This document shows, one piece after another, positions 7,869 through 17,238 of a stretch of 32,000 bases of DNA. The notes beneath the pieces were generated by a model. It saw only the letters and a list, made by a program, of their open reading frames with translations. It was not told the origin of the DNA and did not search any database. This DNA is from Candidatus Baldrarchaeum yapensis (lineage in GTDB: Archaea; Asgardarchaeota; Baldrarchaeia; Baldrarchaeales; Baldrarchaeaceae), in the NCBI GenBank assembly GCA_016840465.1, contig JAEOSH010000012.1, positions 15,535 to 47,534 of the forward strand, in the 5' to 3' direction. Within the stretch, counting starts at the first letter, position 1. Each line of letters begins with the position of its first letter. The translations under genes and the position numbers were made by a program.

Positions 7869-10646
7869 GTGACAATCGCCGAGAAATATAGATCCTTTTT
7901 TACTAAGGAAAAATATGAAGTCGAACTTTTCCGGGAGAAAGGATTTGTCAGAAAGAAATGTAAAGTTTGCGGGAACTATTTCTGGACACTGGACCCCGAT
8001 AGAGAAACTTGTGGAGACACGAACTGCGTAATGGGATATAAATTTGTAGGAAGGAGAGGACCTAACTGGGACTTTCATCAGACAATAGACAAATGGTGCG
8101 AATTTTTTGAAAAACACGGTCATACGAGGATAAAAGAGTACCCCGTGGTCGCACGTTGGCGAGATGACATAGCATTCACGATTGCTTCAATTGCAGACTT
8201 CCAGCCTTGGGTTGTTAGCGGCGTTGTCGACCCACCAGCGAATCCCCTTGTTGTGCCGCAACCTTGCTTACGGTTCGGGGGCAAAGGGTTTAATGACATA
8301 GATAATGTTGGAAAAACAGGAAGACATTTTTCTCTGTTCATAATGGGCGGGCAACATGCCTTCAATTCAAAAAAATGGAAGAGTTACTGGATGGACGAGT
8401 GCATAGATCTTAACTTTAAATTTCTGACGGAATACTTAAAGATTCCACCGGATGAGATAACCTATAGAGAAGATGTGTGGTCGGGAGGAGGAAATCTAGG
8501 TCCATGCCTCGAGGCATTTGCCTACGGACTTGAAATCGTTAATAATGTGTTCATGCAATATGAGGTGCTACCCGACGGGTCAATAAAAGAAATGGAAAAC
8601 AAAATCATAGATGTAGGATGGGGAATAGAGCGCATCTGCTGGTTTTCACAAGGTACTATAACGGCATATGACGCAGTATTCGGCCCGGTACTTGAGTGGT
8701 TGAAGAAGGAAACTGGAGTAAAAGAGGACCTGTCACTACTGAAAAGATATGTCGAAGCATCATGCCTACTAGATAGTTCTGAAATCTCGGTGGCGGATAG
8801 GGATAAGATAGTTGCCGAAAGAATAGGCGTGCCCTATGAAGAGTTACAGCAGTCGCTAGGGCCGATACATGCTCTCTATGCAATTGCCGACCACACAAGG
8901 GCCTTGCTCTTTGCAATCGCAGATGGCGCAATTCCATCAAATGTCGGTGGAGGATATAATCTGCGTGTGCTGTTAAGACGCTCCCTATCACTTAATGACC
9001 TCTACGGACTGGATATAGACTTCATAGAACTGTTCTATAGGCATATGGAATATCTGAAAAGATCATATCCACGAGTACTCGAAGCGGAGGGGATAATAGA
9101 GGACATATTCAAGGTGGAAAGACAAAGATATTATGAAACTCTATCTAAGGGCAGATCTTACGTCGAACGGTTGCTAAAGCGAAAGCGAGAATTGAAAAAG
9201 GAAGATCTCATAGAACTCTATGAATCACGTGGGATCCCACCCGAACTTGTGCAAAAGGTGGCAAGCGGGCTAGGAATAAAGGTAACCATCCCCAGCGACT
9301 TCTACGTGAGCCTTAGTGAGAAAGTATCTAAGCGCGAGGTAGGACAAAAAGAAGAGATTACTGAGGCACTCGCGAATAAGGTCAAAGACCTTCCTCCCAC
9401 AAGAGAACTCTTCTACGAAGATCCCTACCTAATTGAATTCCGAGCTAAGGTTTTGAGAATAATAAACAACAGGTATATTGTACTCGATAAGACATGCTTC
9501 TACCCGACAGGAGGCGGGCAACTTCATGACACGGGCTTTATAGGTAATACGAGAGTGATCAATGTCGAGAGAGTCGGAACCGTAATAGTTCATGAGGTAG
9601 AAGATACAACCACCCTGAACGAAGGTATGGAGGTCATCTGCAAGATAGATGCTGATCGCAGACGCTCCCTCATGAGGCATCATACCGCAACGCATATAAT
9701 AAACGAAGCCGCGCGCAGAGTTCTAGGAAAGCATGTGTGGCAAGCAGGAGCAGAAAAGCGTCCAGAAAAGGCGCGATTGGACATAACTCATTATAAACCG
9801 CTAACACCGGAGGAAGTGAGGGAAATAGAGTATCTAGCAAACAAAATAGTGATGGAAAACAGACCAGTTGAGATAGAATACCTCGAGCGAACGATTGCTG
9901 AACAAAAGTACGGTTTCAGGATCTACCAAGGTGGAGCAGCACCAGGAAGAGTGCTGAGAATAGTAAAAATACACGACTGGGACGTAGAAGCCTGTGGCGG
10001 AACACACTGTTCGACGACAGGTGAAGTGGGATTGATTAAAATTCTAAGGGTTGAGAGGATCCAGGATGGTGTTGTTAGAATAGAGTTCTGCGCGGGTGAA
10101 GAGGCCATCAAACAGATGCAGAATGAATTGTTGCTACTTGAAAAAGCTGCGCAGGTGTTGAGAGTACCAAAGGAGCAGCTGCCAGATGCGGTAAATAGGT
10201 TCTTTAACGAGTGGAAGGAAAGAGGCAAGACAATAGAGAAGCTTATGGAGGAACTGGCTGAAGTTCGTGCCGACGCTCTCATATCCTCTGGAGAAAAATT
10301 GAACAACGTGTTGCTTGTTGCTGGCGTGCTCGGAGTTGGAAGAGAGGAACTCGTAAAGATAACTGAGAAGATAATAAACAGGGAGCCGTCCTCAATAGTT
10401 GCCCTTGGCGGAGGGACAGAAAATGCAACAGTGGTTCTCGGTTTCGGTGAAAGGGTCTGTCAGTTATTTGATAACGCGAAAAAACTAACAAATGAGTTGT
10501 GCAAGAAGACGATTGGCGGTGGGGCCGGCGGAAAACCGCCGCTTATAGTTGGAGGAGGACCAAAGCGGGAATCCCTCGAAAGGTTGATAGAGGTCCTAAA
10601 AATAGAACTGAAAAGATTGTTGTCGGAACAAACCTTTCCGGAATAA
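7869..10646 (+). CDS. alaS: Alanyl-tRNA synthetase, archaeal type
   Basis: N-terminal CxxC...C cluster, TIASIADFQP, IIDVGWGIER, ADHTR, editing motifs HTATH and CGGTH, C-terminal GGGK. GTG at 7869 with AAGGAG immediately upstream; the track starts at 7842. Confidence 0.98.
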   Translation: MTIAEKYRSFFTKEKYEVELFREKGFVRKKCKVCGNYFWTLDPDRETCGDTNCVMGYKFVGRRGPNWDFHQTIDKWCEFFEKHGHTRIKEYPVVARWRDDIAFTIASIADFQPWVVSGVVDPPANPLVVPQPCLRFGGKGFNDIDNVGKTGRHFSLFIMGGQHAFNSKKWKSYWMDECIDLNFKFLTEYLKIPPDEITYREDVWSGGGNLGPCLEAFAYGLEIVNNVFMQYEVLPDGSIKEMENKIIDVGWGIERICWFSQGTITAYDAVFGPVLEWLKKETGVKEDLSLLKRYVEASCLLDSSEISVADRDKIVAERIGVPYEELQQSLGPIHALYAIADHTRALLFAIADGAIPSNVGGGYNLRVLLRRSLSLNDLYGLDIDFIELFYRHMEYLKRSYPRVLEAEGIIEDIFKVERQRYYETLSKGRSYVERLLKRKRELKKEDLIELYESRGIPPELVQKVASGLGIKVTIPSDFYVSLSEKVSKREVGQKEEITEALANKVKDLPPTRELFYEDPYLIEFRAKVLRIINNRYIVLDKTCFYPTGGGQLHDTGFIGNTRVINVERVGTVIVHEVEDTTTLNEGMEVICKIDADRRRSLMRHHTATHIINEAARRVLGKHVWQAGAEKRPEKARLDITHYKPLTPEEVREIEYLANKIVMENRPVEIEYLERTIAEQKYGFRIYQGGAAPGRVLRIVKIHDWDVEACGGTHCSTTGEVGLIKILRVERIQDGVVRIEFCAGEEAIKQMQNELLLLEKAAQVLRVPKEQLPDAVNRFFNEWKERGKTIEKLMEELAEVRADALISSGEKLNNVLLVAGVLGVGREELVKITEKIINREPSSIVALGGGTENATVVLGFGERVCQLFDNAKKLTNELCKKTIGGGAGGKPPLIVGGGPKRESLERLIEVLKIELKRLLSEQTFPE

Positions 10647-10772
10647 TGTATTATCGCAATATTACATTACAAATAGTTTCGCTTAACCCTCTCACTTCTT
10701 AGCAATGATCGCCTTAAGCCCACGTATTATTCTGAAAAGTTCTATAAACAGCCACTGTAAAGAGACTACACG

Positions 10773-10970
10773 GTGGTTGTCATGAAGAGGTTGCTGGCTC
10801 AAGCATATCTCCATAAACTCGTCGAGAAGATAGATGAGTTGCTGATGAAAGATGTAGAGGAGGAAACATTGAAACTCAAAATATTGAGTTTACTCACGCC
10901 TTCTGAGCTAATAGACATATTACTAATGTTGCGGCGAAGTGCAATTACTGCACCAGCAACAAACAATTAG
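10773..10970 (+). CDS. Small hypothetical helical protein (62-65 aa)
   Basis: Fills the alaS-purA gap; amphipathic Leu/Glu/Lys composition; TATA-like CTATAAA at ~10742-10748 and GGTGG before the ATG at 10782. No family recognised. Confidence 0.5.
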   Translation: MVVMKRLLAQAYLHKLVEKIDELLMKDVEEETLKLKILSLLTPSELIDILLMLRRSAITAPATNN

Positions 10971-10972
10971 CG

Positions 10973-11983
10973 TCACACTTCGAATCTCCTATCGATAATT
11001 TCTTTACAATCCGGGCCAGTCCCTATGAGCGTAACTGGGAGCTTAAGTTCGCTTTCTATCTTTTCTACAAATTCCTTTGCTTGAGTGGGAAGTTTTTCGT
11101 ACTCCTTTATCCCTCTTGCTTCCGGAAATAGGACATCAAGTTTTGTGAGCGCTATTTGGGTTGCACTATTAAGCATAATGGCTCGCTTTGCTAGTTTGAA
11201 GTTGAAAGGCGCAGCACGCCTCTCTCTGCCGGTAACCGTCGCCACCTCGTACCATCCCCTCCTCTTAGCCTCCTCTTTACTTATCTCACCCTCTAAGGGC
11301 CCGCCACCCACCCTCGTTACATAGGACTTAAAGACGATGATCACTTCATCGACCTTCTTCGGCCCTAGTCCAACATCAGCGCAGGCGGACGCTGCACATA
11401 CGTCTTTTGATGTCACGTAGGGATACGTTCCGTGATATAGTGATAGAAACGTGCCTTGCGTTCCCTCGACGATCACAACATCCCCTCGATCAACTGCCTC
11501 ATTAACCTCTAGTGGAACGTCGGTTATATACGGCCGAAGCTCCGGAATTTGTTCAGCAACTTTTACAACCCTCAGTGCCCGATCGGCATTTGCCGGACCG
11601 CACCCCGATCCGGTGGTCCCTATTTTCCCGGACAGATGCTTTTCCCTTCTATCCCGATCTATGTGCGACTGTTCTATTATCGCACAGTATTTATCTATTC
11701 CCACCCTGCCCTCCGCACCGGTCACTTCTACCTCCTTGAGAAAAACCTCGGGATTTACAAGCACTCCTGGTCCTATGAGTAGCCGTGCCTTTTCATAGAC
11801 AAATCCACTCGGTATCTGTCTGAGTTTATACGTTTTACCCCTGTAGTGAACAGTATGCCCGGCGTTCGGTCCGACCCCAGCTCTCACAACTATGGATGCC
11901 TTATCCTTCAACGCTAGGTAAGATACTATTTTTCCCTTCCCCTCATCTCCGAAAAATCCGCCGACCACGACCGTACACACCAT
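10973..11983 (-). CDS. purA: Adenylosuccinate synthetase (short archaeal form)
   Basis: GGFFGDEGKGK, GPNAGHT, IGTTGSG, EGTQG, HGTYPYVTS, TVTGRERR, LTKLD. Confidence 0.98.
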   Translation of the reverse strand: MVCTVVVGGFFGDEGKGKIVSYLALKDKASIVVRAGVGPNAGHTVHYRGKTYKLRQIPSGFVYEKARLLIGPGVLVNPEVFLKEVEVTGAEGRVGIDKYCAIIEQSHIDRDRREKHLSGKIGTTGSGCGPANADRALRVVKVAEQIPELRPYITDVPLEVNEAVDRGDVVIVEGTQGTFLSLYHGTYPYVTSKDVCAASACADVGLGPKKVDEVIIVFKSYVTRVGGGPLEGEISKEEAKRRGWYEVATVTGRERRAAPFNFKLAKRAIMLNSATQIALTKLDVLFPEARGIKEYEKLPTQAKEFVEKIESELKLPVTLIGTGPDCKEIIDRRFEV

Positions 11984-12137
11984 GGATATCCCTCTCGGTC
12001 TTAGTAGTTCTTCCTTTTAAACTTTCCGGCAGATAGAATAACTTCTCACAATAGTTTCTCAATTTCGGAATTTGCGAGCGGAATCTAAACACTCATGGCA
12101 GGAGCATATAGTTGAGTTACTACTTTAAGCGGAATTG

Positions 12138-12144
12138 TTTAAAG
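12138..12144 (+). promoter_or_regulatory. Putative TATA box for the C/D sRNA
   Basis: TTTAAAG about 25 nt upstream of the start of the 5' stem arm (12167), matching archaeal TATA-to-TSS spacing. Confidence 0.45.
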
Positions 12145-12166
12145 TTCAACGAATATAGAACTATAC

Positions 12167-12247
12167 TGATCCGGCAAAGGTAAGGATGAATACTTCCGGC
12201 GCCGATTTGGTGACGATAAGGCATTTATCTGAACCTTTGCCGGATCA
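12167..12247 (+). ncRNA. Box C/D 2'-O-methylation guide sRNA
   Basis: Perfect 15-bp inverted repeat (12167-12181 / 12233-12247) enclosing box C AGGATGA (12183-12189), 12-nt guide, D' CCGA (12202-12205), C' GTGACGA (12210-12216), 12-nt guide, and D CTGA (12229-12232). Canonical kink-turn geometry. Confidence 0.88.
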
Positions 12248-12350
12248 TCTCGGCGTAACGTAATTTGGGAGGTATTACTTTCATCCGAATCAATTTTATA
12301 ATGCAAAGCAAGGGATGTTTGAATAGTTTTGATCCAAGGTGCACGTTGAC

Positions 12351-14003
12351 ATGAGAACAAGATACATTTTCGTAACCGGAGGAGTGATGTCCGGTATAGG
12401 AAAAGGCGTCACTACCGCCTCCATCGGGAAACTTTTCCAGTTTCGCGATTACACCGTTGACGCCATTAAGATAGACCCTTATCTCAACGTGGACCCTGGA
12501 ACTCTCAATCCCATCGAGCATGGGGAGGTGTTCGTAACAGAAGAGGTTTGGGAATTCGAGCCAGTGAAAGGAATGAAATTCAGAATCTCCGAAATAGATC
12601 AGGACTTCGGAACCTATGAGAGATTTCTGGGAAAAAACATTCACCCTAGGAATAATATCACGAGTGGACAGGTATACCTATCGGTAATTCTCAAGGAGAG
12701 GGCGGGGGAATTTCTCGGAAAGACTGTGCAAATAATTCCGCATATAACGGACGAAATAAAAAGGAGAATACGGCAGGTCGCCGAAGAGGAACAACCCGAC
12801 ATACTCATGGTTGAGGTTGGTGGAACGGTCGGCGATATAGAAGCAATGCCATACCTAGAAGCAATTAGACAATTTAGACTTGAGGAGCCTAGATGGGCAA
12901 CCGCATTAGTCCACGTTACCGTCGTTCCTCGACTAAAAACCGTCGGTGAGCATAAGACGAAGCCGACCCAGCATAGCGTGAAACTATTACAAGGAATGGG
13001 TCTACAGCCCGATGTAATAGTTTGCAGAAGCGATACGTTTCTCTCTGATAATATTAAAAGGAAGATAAGCCTATTTTGTAATGTTCCCCCAGAAGCGGTT
13101 ATTTCAAACCCCGATCTTGAATGTGTCTATGAACTGCCACTAATATTCGAGAGGCAGGGACTTGGAGACTACCTCTGTAAGTTATTAAACCTAGAGCCTC
13201 GCAAACCTTACACCGAGAAATGGAAAAAAGTGGTATCTAGGTTTAAGAATGCGAGAAGAAAAGTACGTATAGCACTTCCCGGAAAATACACAGCAATCCA
13301 TGACAGTTATATATCGATAAACGAGGCATTATCGCACGCGGCGGCATATTTGGACGCAAAAGTAGAGATATCATGGCTTGATTCCGAAAAATTCGAAAAG
13401 GATAAGAAATCTATGGAAACATTGAGCGAATATGATGGAATTCTGCTAACGCCAGGATTTGGAAGTAGGGGAGTGGAGGGAATGATCCTTTCTGCGATTT
13501 ATGCGATGAAAAACGACGTGCCATTTTTAGGAATATGTTTTGGCGCTCAACTATTTTTCGTGGCATTCTGCAGGGAATATTTGGGACTGGAAGGAGCGAA
13601 CAGTACAGAAGTTGACCCGAATACAAAGTTCCCGGTCGTGGATTTACTTCCGGAACAGAAGCGCATAACTGCCAAGGGCGGAACCATGAGATTGGGAGGG
13701 CATGAGGTAATAATCGAGGAGGGTACAAGATTATACGACGCCTACAAGAGAAGAGTGGTGATCGAGAGATTCCGTCACCGTTACCACATAATAAGAGAGT
13801 TCGCAAAGAGGGGAGAGGAGTACGGCCTCGTGATATCCGCATACGACAAAACCGGTCGGATAATAAACGCAATAGAACTTGAAGATGCAAAGTGGATGGT
13901 TGGCGTTCAGTTCCACCCGGAGTTTAAGAGCCGACCGGATGCACCATCACCCATATATCTAGCATTTGTTAAAGAATGCTTAGAGTACAGAAGTAAGAGG
14001 TAA
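12351..14003 (+). CDS. pyrG: CTP synthase
   Basis: YIFVTGGVMSGIGKG, KIDPYLNVDPGT, GGTVGDIE, KTKPTQHSV, GICFG (catalytic Cys), ERFRHRY, QFHPEF. Has a short insertion (VWEFEPVKGMKFRISE) before DQDFGTYERF. Confidence 0.98.
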   Translation: MRTRYIFVTGGVMSGIGKGVTTASIGKLFQFRDYTVDAIKIDPYLNVDPGTLNPIEHGEVFVTEEVWEFEPVKGMKFRISEIDQDFGTYERFLGKNIHPRNNITSGQVYLSVILKERAGEFLGKTVQIIPHITDEIKRRIRQVAEEEQPDILMVEVGGTVGDIEAMPYLEAIRQFRLEEPRWATALVHVTVVPRLKTVGEHKTKPTQHSVKLLQGMGLQPDVIVCRSDTFLSDNIKRKISLFCNVPPEAVISNPDLECVYELPLIFERQGLGDYLCKLLNLEPRKPYTEKWKKVVSRFKNARRKVRIALPGKYTAIHDSYISINEALSHAAAYLDAKVEISWLDSEKFEKDKKSMETLSEYDGILLTPGFGSRGVEGMILSAIYAMKNDVPFLGICFGAQLFFVAFCREYLGLEGANSTEVDPNTKFPVVDLLPEQKRITAKGGTMRLGGHEVIIEEGTRLYDAYKRRVVIERFRHRYHIIREFAKRGEEYGLVISAYDKTGRIINAIELEDAKWMVGVQFHPEFKSRPDAPSPIYLAFVKECLEYRSKR

Positions 14004-14007
14004 GGAG

Positions 14008-15165
14008 ATGTCAAATGTTTCAAAAAGCATAGAGGGCCTGGTACGAAAAATAATAATGTTAGAGGAAGAGAAGGAGGTATTCGTAAACATACTAAGACGG
14101 GTAAAGTACAAAATCAGCACCGATATGCTCCCCAAGCCTTTAACATGGAACATACTGGAGAAACAGTTCGTATATGGCGTCATCCCTACATCTCTCAATG
14201 GCTTGCGAATAGCAGGTATCGATGGAGGTGTTGTCACTCGATATCTTCAGACATTTGACCTCGTCATTACCCGAGCAGTCGCTGCAATTTTTCATTTTTC
14301 CGGAGACAGTTTGAAGGTGGAGTACTTCCCAGAAAAATTCCCTTCGCCAGAAATACTTCTCGACATGGCGCCCTCGAGCATAGCCGACTCGGAGATAAAC
14401 GCATCACTTGAGAGAGTAAGAGCGGAGCTTGATGTTGCAATGAAACTGATAGATGAGTACAGCGTAGATGTCATACTAATGGACGGGTCTATAATTCCGC
14501 AAATGAGCGACAGGCCACCAGCCTACTCAACTGAGTTAAATGCAAAGTACAGGGAAATAGTCACCAAGTACCTAGAACTGTATGATAGGTGTTCAGAAAA
14601 CGATATTTTGCTTGCTGGGGTGATAAAGGACAGCAGAAGTTCCCGTTTTATGAGTATTCTCTCAAGGCTACTACCCCATATGATCCGTCAATATCCCGAA
14701 TTAAGGGATCTGTTGAGGATAGATTACCGCAGGATACTGCTAAATTTCAAGGATACCGATTTTCTCTTCCGATTTTTAAACGTGAAGGAGCGCACGACTG
14801 TTTTTAGATTCTCAGAGAAATGGTTTGAAAGCCTATCAGAAATGGGAATTGATGCCGAGAAAAAACTACGCGAGATGTTTTGCATCTTTTACATAAAACC
14901 GGCGGAGTTCGATGTCCCCCTAAGAATAGAATTTTTATCCGCAGGTAAGGACCCAGGTACTATCGCAGAAAGGCTATCCTCAATAATTTACCCATTATCC
15001 TCCCATCACCCAGAGTATGCGTTACCATCAGTTCTCATAGAAGCGGACGCGATGGCCAAGATTCTTGAGACTGATCTCGAGATAATATATGAGAGTTTGG
15101 TGAACAAGATAGGATTCTCACCATCTCTGCTGAGATTACGAAGAGAGCGAAGCCCATTCTTCTAG
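14008..15165 (+). CDS. nurA: NurA-family nuclease
   Basis: IAGIDGG, ILMDGSI, LAGVIKDS, PLRIE and C-terminal ALPSVLIEADAMAKI; adjacent to herA. Confidence 0.88.
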   Translation: MSNVSKSIEGLVRKIIMLEEEKEVFVNILRRVKYKISTDMLPKPLTWNILEKQFVYGVIPTSLNGLRIAGIDGGVVTRYLQTFDLVITRAVAAIFHFSGDSLKVEYFPEKFPSPEILLDMAPSSIADSEINASLERVRAELDVAMKLIDEYSVDVILMDGSIIPQMSDRPPAYSTELNAKYREIVTKYLELYDRCSENDILLAGVIKDSRSSRFMSILSRLLPHMIRQYPELRDLLRIDYRRILLNFKDTDFLFRFLNVKERTTVFRFSEKWFESLSEMGIDAEKKLREMFCIFYIKPAEFDVPLRIEFLSAGKDPGTIAERLSSIIYPLSSHHPEYALPSVLIEADAMAKILETDLEIIYESLVNKIGFSPSLLRLRRERSPFF

Positions 15166-15218
15166 ATCATTCCGTTAAAATTAAAAATTCGGAATACCAG
15201 AAGTTGATGGGGACATAA

Positions 15219-16766
15219 ATGAGAAAGGAGATAGGGACCATAATATGCACCGGTCGTTCACCCTGTGCATCCGAGTTTGATTTCGTAGTGACGGACAATT
15301 CATCCCCGATACCGGTGAGAAAGGGTCAATTTGTGGAGGTAAAGACCGAGGAAGGCATCATAATAGGTCAGGTTACCGAAGTCGTTAAAACGAATAGGTA
15401 CTTCATGCATGCAGACGCGGTGAGAGAGTTCGAAAGGAGCGGATACTTGGTATCATCGATATTCCCGGTCGACAGATGGGAATATATAATAGGTAAGGCA
15501 ATTGCACTCGCTGTCCTAACGAAAAACGGCATAGAGAGGGTGACATTCCCGCCCTCACCCGGAGATAGGGTGTTTTTGGCAGATGAAGAAGTACTTCCAA
15601 AGTTCTTAGGCTTTGATATGGCGAATGGGGTCGAAATAGGAACCCTAATGTACCATGATGTTCCCGTGAGGCTAGATCTAACAAGACTTCTCCAAAAGCA
15701 TGTGGCAATTCTCGCAATGTCGGGTGCTGGAAAGTCTTACCTTGCATCTATACTTATGGAGGAACTTCTGCTGAGAAGACCCGAACAGGGACGGATCGGT
15801 GTGATCGTGATAGACGTGCATGGCGAGTATGTTTCAATGGCCGAAAAATGCGAAGATAGCAATTTAATAGACTTCTCAGACAAGATTTCGGTTATAGATG
15901 CCTCCTATTTTCAAATATCTGTGCCCTTACTATCAGAGCGTGACCTCGCAGAGTACCAACCGCAGATGACACCTATCCAAATCAGAGAACTGGGGCGTAT
16001 AATAAGTGCTCGTAGGAGGAAAATGCTAGAAAAGGGGGAGCCTTATGACTTAAAGCAAATAATTCAGGACGTGGAACGAGATGAACGGATACAACCACGA
16101 ACAAAGGAGGCGCTTCTCGGATGGCTCTACGATCTCGAATCAACAGGACTATTTGGCCCTACAGAATCACCAATACTCGAAAACATAATAAAACCCGGAC
16201 ATGCAACGATAATAGACCTTAGCGGAATCGTTAGCCTCAGAAAAAAGCAGATAATTGTCGCCTATATGCTGAGAAGACTATTTGATCTGCGAAAGAGAAA
16301 TGTAATACCGCCGTTTCTGGCAATAATCGAGGAGGCGCATCAATTCTGCCCAGAAGCCAGAAGAGAACTTGCAATTTCAAAGAGCATAATAGAAACAATA
16401 GCGAGGGAGGGAAGGAAGTTCTTTGCATCATTGTGTTTAATAAGTCAGCGACCCGTCAGACTATCAACAACGGCTTTGTCCCAATGCAATACGCATATCA
16501 TACTGCGGATAACTAATCCCTATGACCTAAAGCACATAGGAGAGAGCTGTGAGGGAATTGACAAATCAACTTTAGACGCTGTGACAACACTAAACGTGGG
16601 AGAGGCGTTGATAGTGGGGGAGGCCACGAATTTCCCAGTTTTTGTAAAGATAAGGACTCGCAAGAGCAGGGAACTCAAATACTCGGTACGATTGGAGGAG
16701 GTTGCAAGGAGATTTGAAGAATTTTCGGATAGACAACTATCTGAGTTTTATGACAATTCTATCTAA
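15219..16766 (+). CDS. herA: HerA-family ATPase/DNA translocase
   Basis: N-terminal HAS-barrel-like region, HVAILAMSGAGKSY (Walker A), IDVHGEY, IIEEAHQF (Walker B), EGRKF, LISQRP, SQCNT. Confidence 0.92.
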   Translation: MRKEIGTIICTGRSPCASEFDFVVTDNSSPIPVRKGQFVEVKTEEGIIIGQVTEVVKTNRYFMHADAVREFERSGYLVSSIFPVDRWEYIIGKAIALAVLTKNGIERVTFPPSPGDRVFLADEEVLPKFLGFDMANGVEIGTLMYHDVPVRLDLTRLLQKHVAILAMSGAGKSYLASILMEELLLRRPEQGRIGVIVIDVHGEYVSMAEKCEDSNLIDFSDKISVIDASYFQISVPLLSERDLAEYQPQMTPIQIRELGRIISARRRKMLEKGEPYDLKQIIQDVERDERIQPRTKEALLGWLYDLESTGLFGPTESPILENIIKPGHATIIDLSGIVSLRKKQIIVAYMLRRLFDLRKRNVIPPFLAIIEEAHQFCPEARRELAISKSIIETIAREGRKFFASLCLISQRPVRLSTTALSQCNTHIILRITNPYDLKHIGESCEGIDKSTLDAVTTLNVGEALIVGEATNFPVFVKIRTRKSRELKYSVRLEEVARRFEEFSDRQLSEFYDNSI

Positions 16767-17015
16767 TTGGAGTTCGCATATTTTCCTAACACCATGCTCG
16801 CCAGGCTCGTAGTGGGTCTTTACGATTCCGGCCTTCTCTAAAATTTTTATTTGAGCGCTTATGTTAGCTTCGGTCTGCTTAAGCGCCTCTGCGATCCTAC
16901 TAATGTCCGTCTTCTTTTTATCCCTGAGAAGTGTTATTATCCGCCATCTGGTCTTCGAAGATAAGGCCTTGGCGATCTTTACAACCTCATCGCCTTCAAT
17001 AAGCAACTCCTGCAT
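16737..17015 (-). CDS. ArsR-family winged-HTH regulator
   Basis: AKALSSKTRWRIITLL, ISRIAEALKQTEANISAQIKILEKAGIV. Convergent 30-nt overlap with herA. Confidence 0.88.
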   Translation of the reverse strand: MQELLIEGDEVVKIAKALSSKTRWRIITLLRDKKKTDISRIAEALKQTEANISAQIKILEKAGIVKTHYEPGEHGVRKICELQLDRIVIKLR

Positions 17016-17238
17016 AGAATCGCCTCTTGACTATTCTATCAATTCTGCAGTTTAACGTTGTAATTCCGAATTCATAAGCTTACCTCTATGTTCACCTTCC
17101 ACATGAGTTTTATAACGCGTTCTACAGATTTAAGACAGACGAAAGAACCGGGCCACGAAATATTCTTCCTTAAAGGACATATGGGAAAAAGTCGCATTAT
17201 TAATATCACGCCTAACACGAGTACATGGTGACATTGCA

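Noticed and set aside
10700-10740. AATGATC...CTGA upstream of the small ORF as a second C/D RNA
   Set aside because: Box C is poor, there are no internal C'/D' boxes, the spacing is too short and there is no terminal stem.
12139-12644. Minus-strand ORFs 12139..12360 and 12225..12644
   Set aside because: They overlap the C/D sRNA and the 5' end of pyrG on the opposite strand and show no protein-like features.
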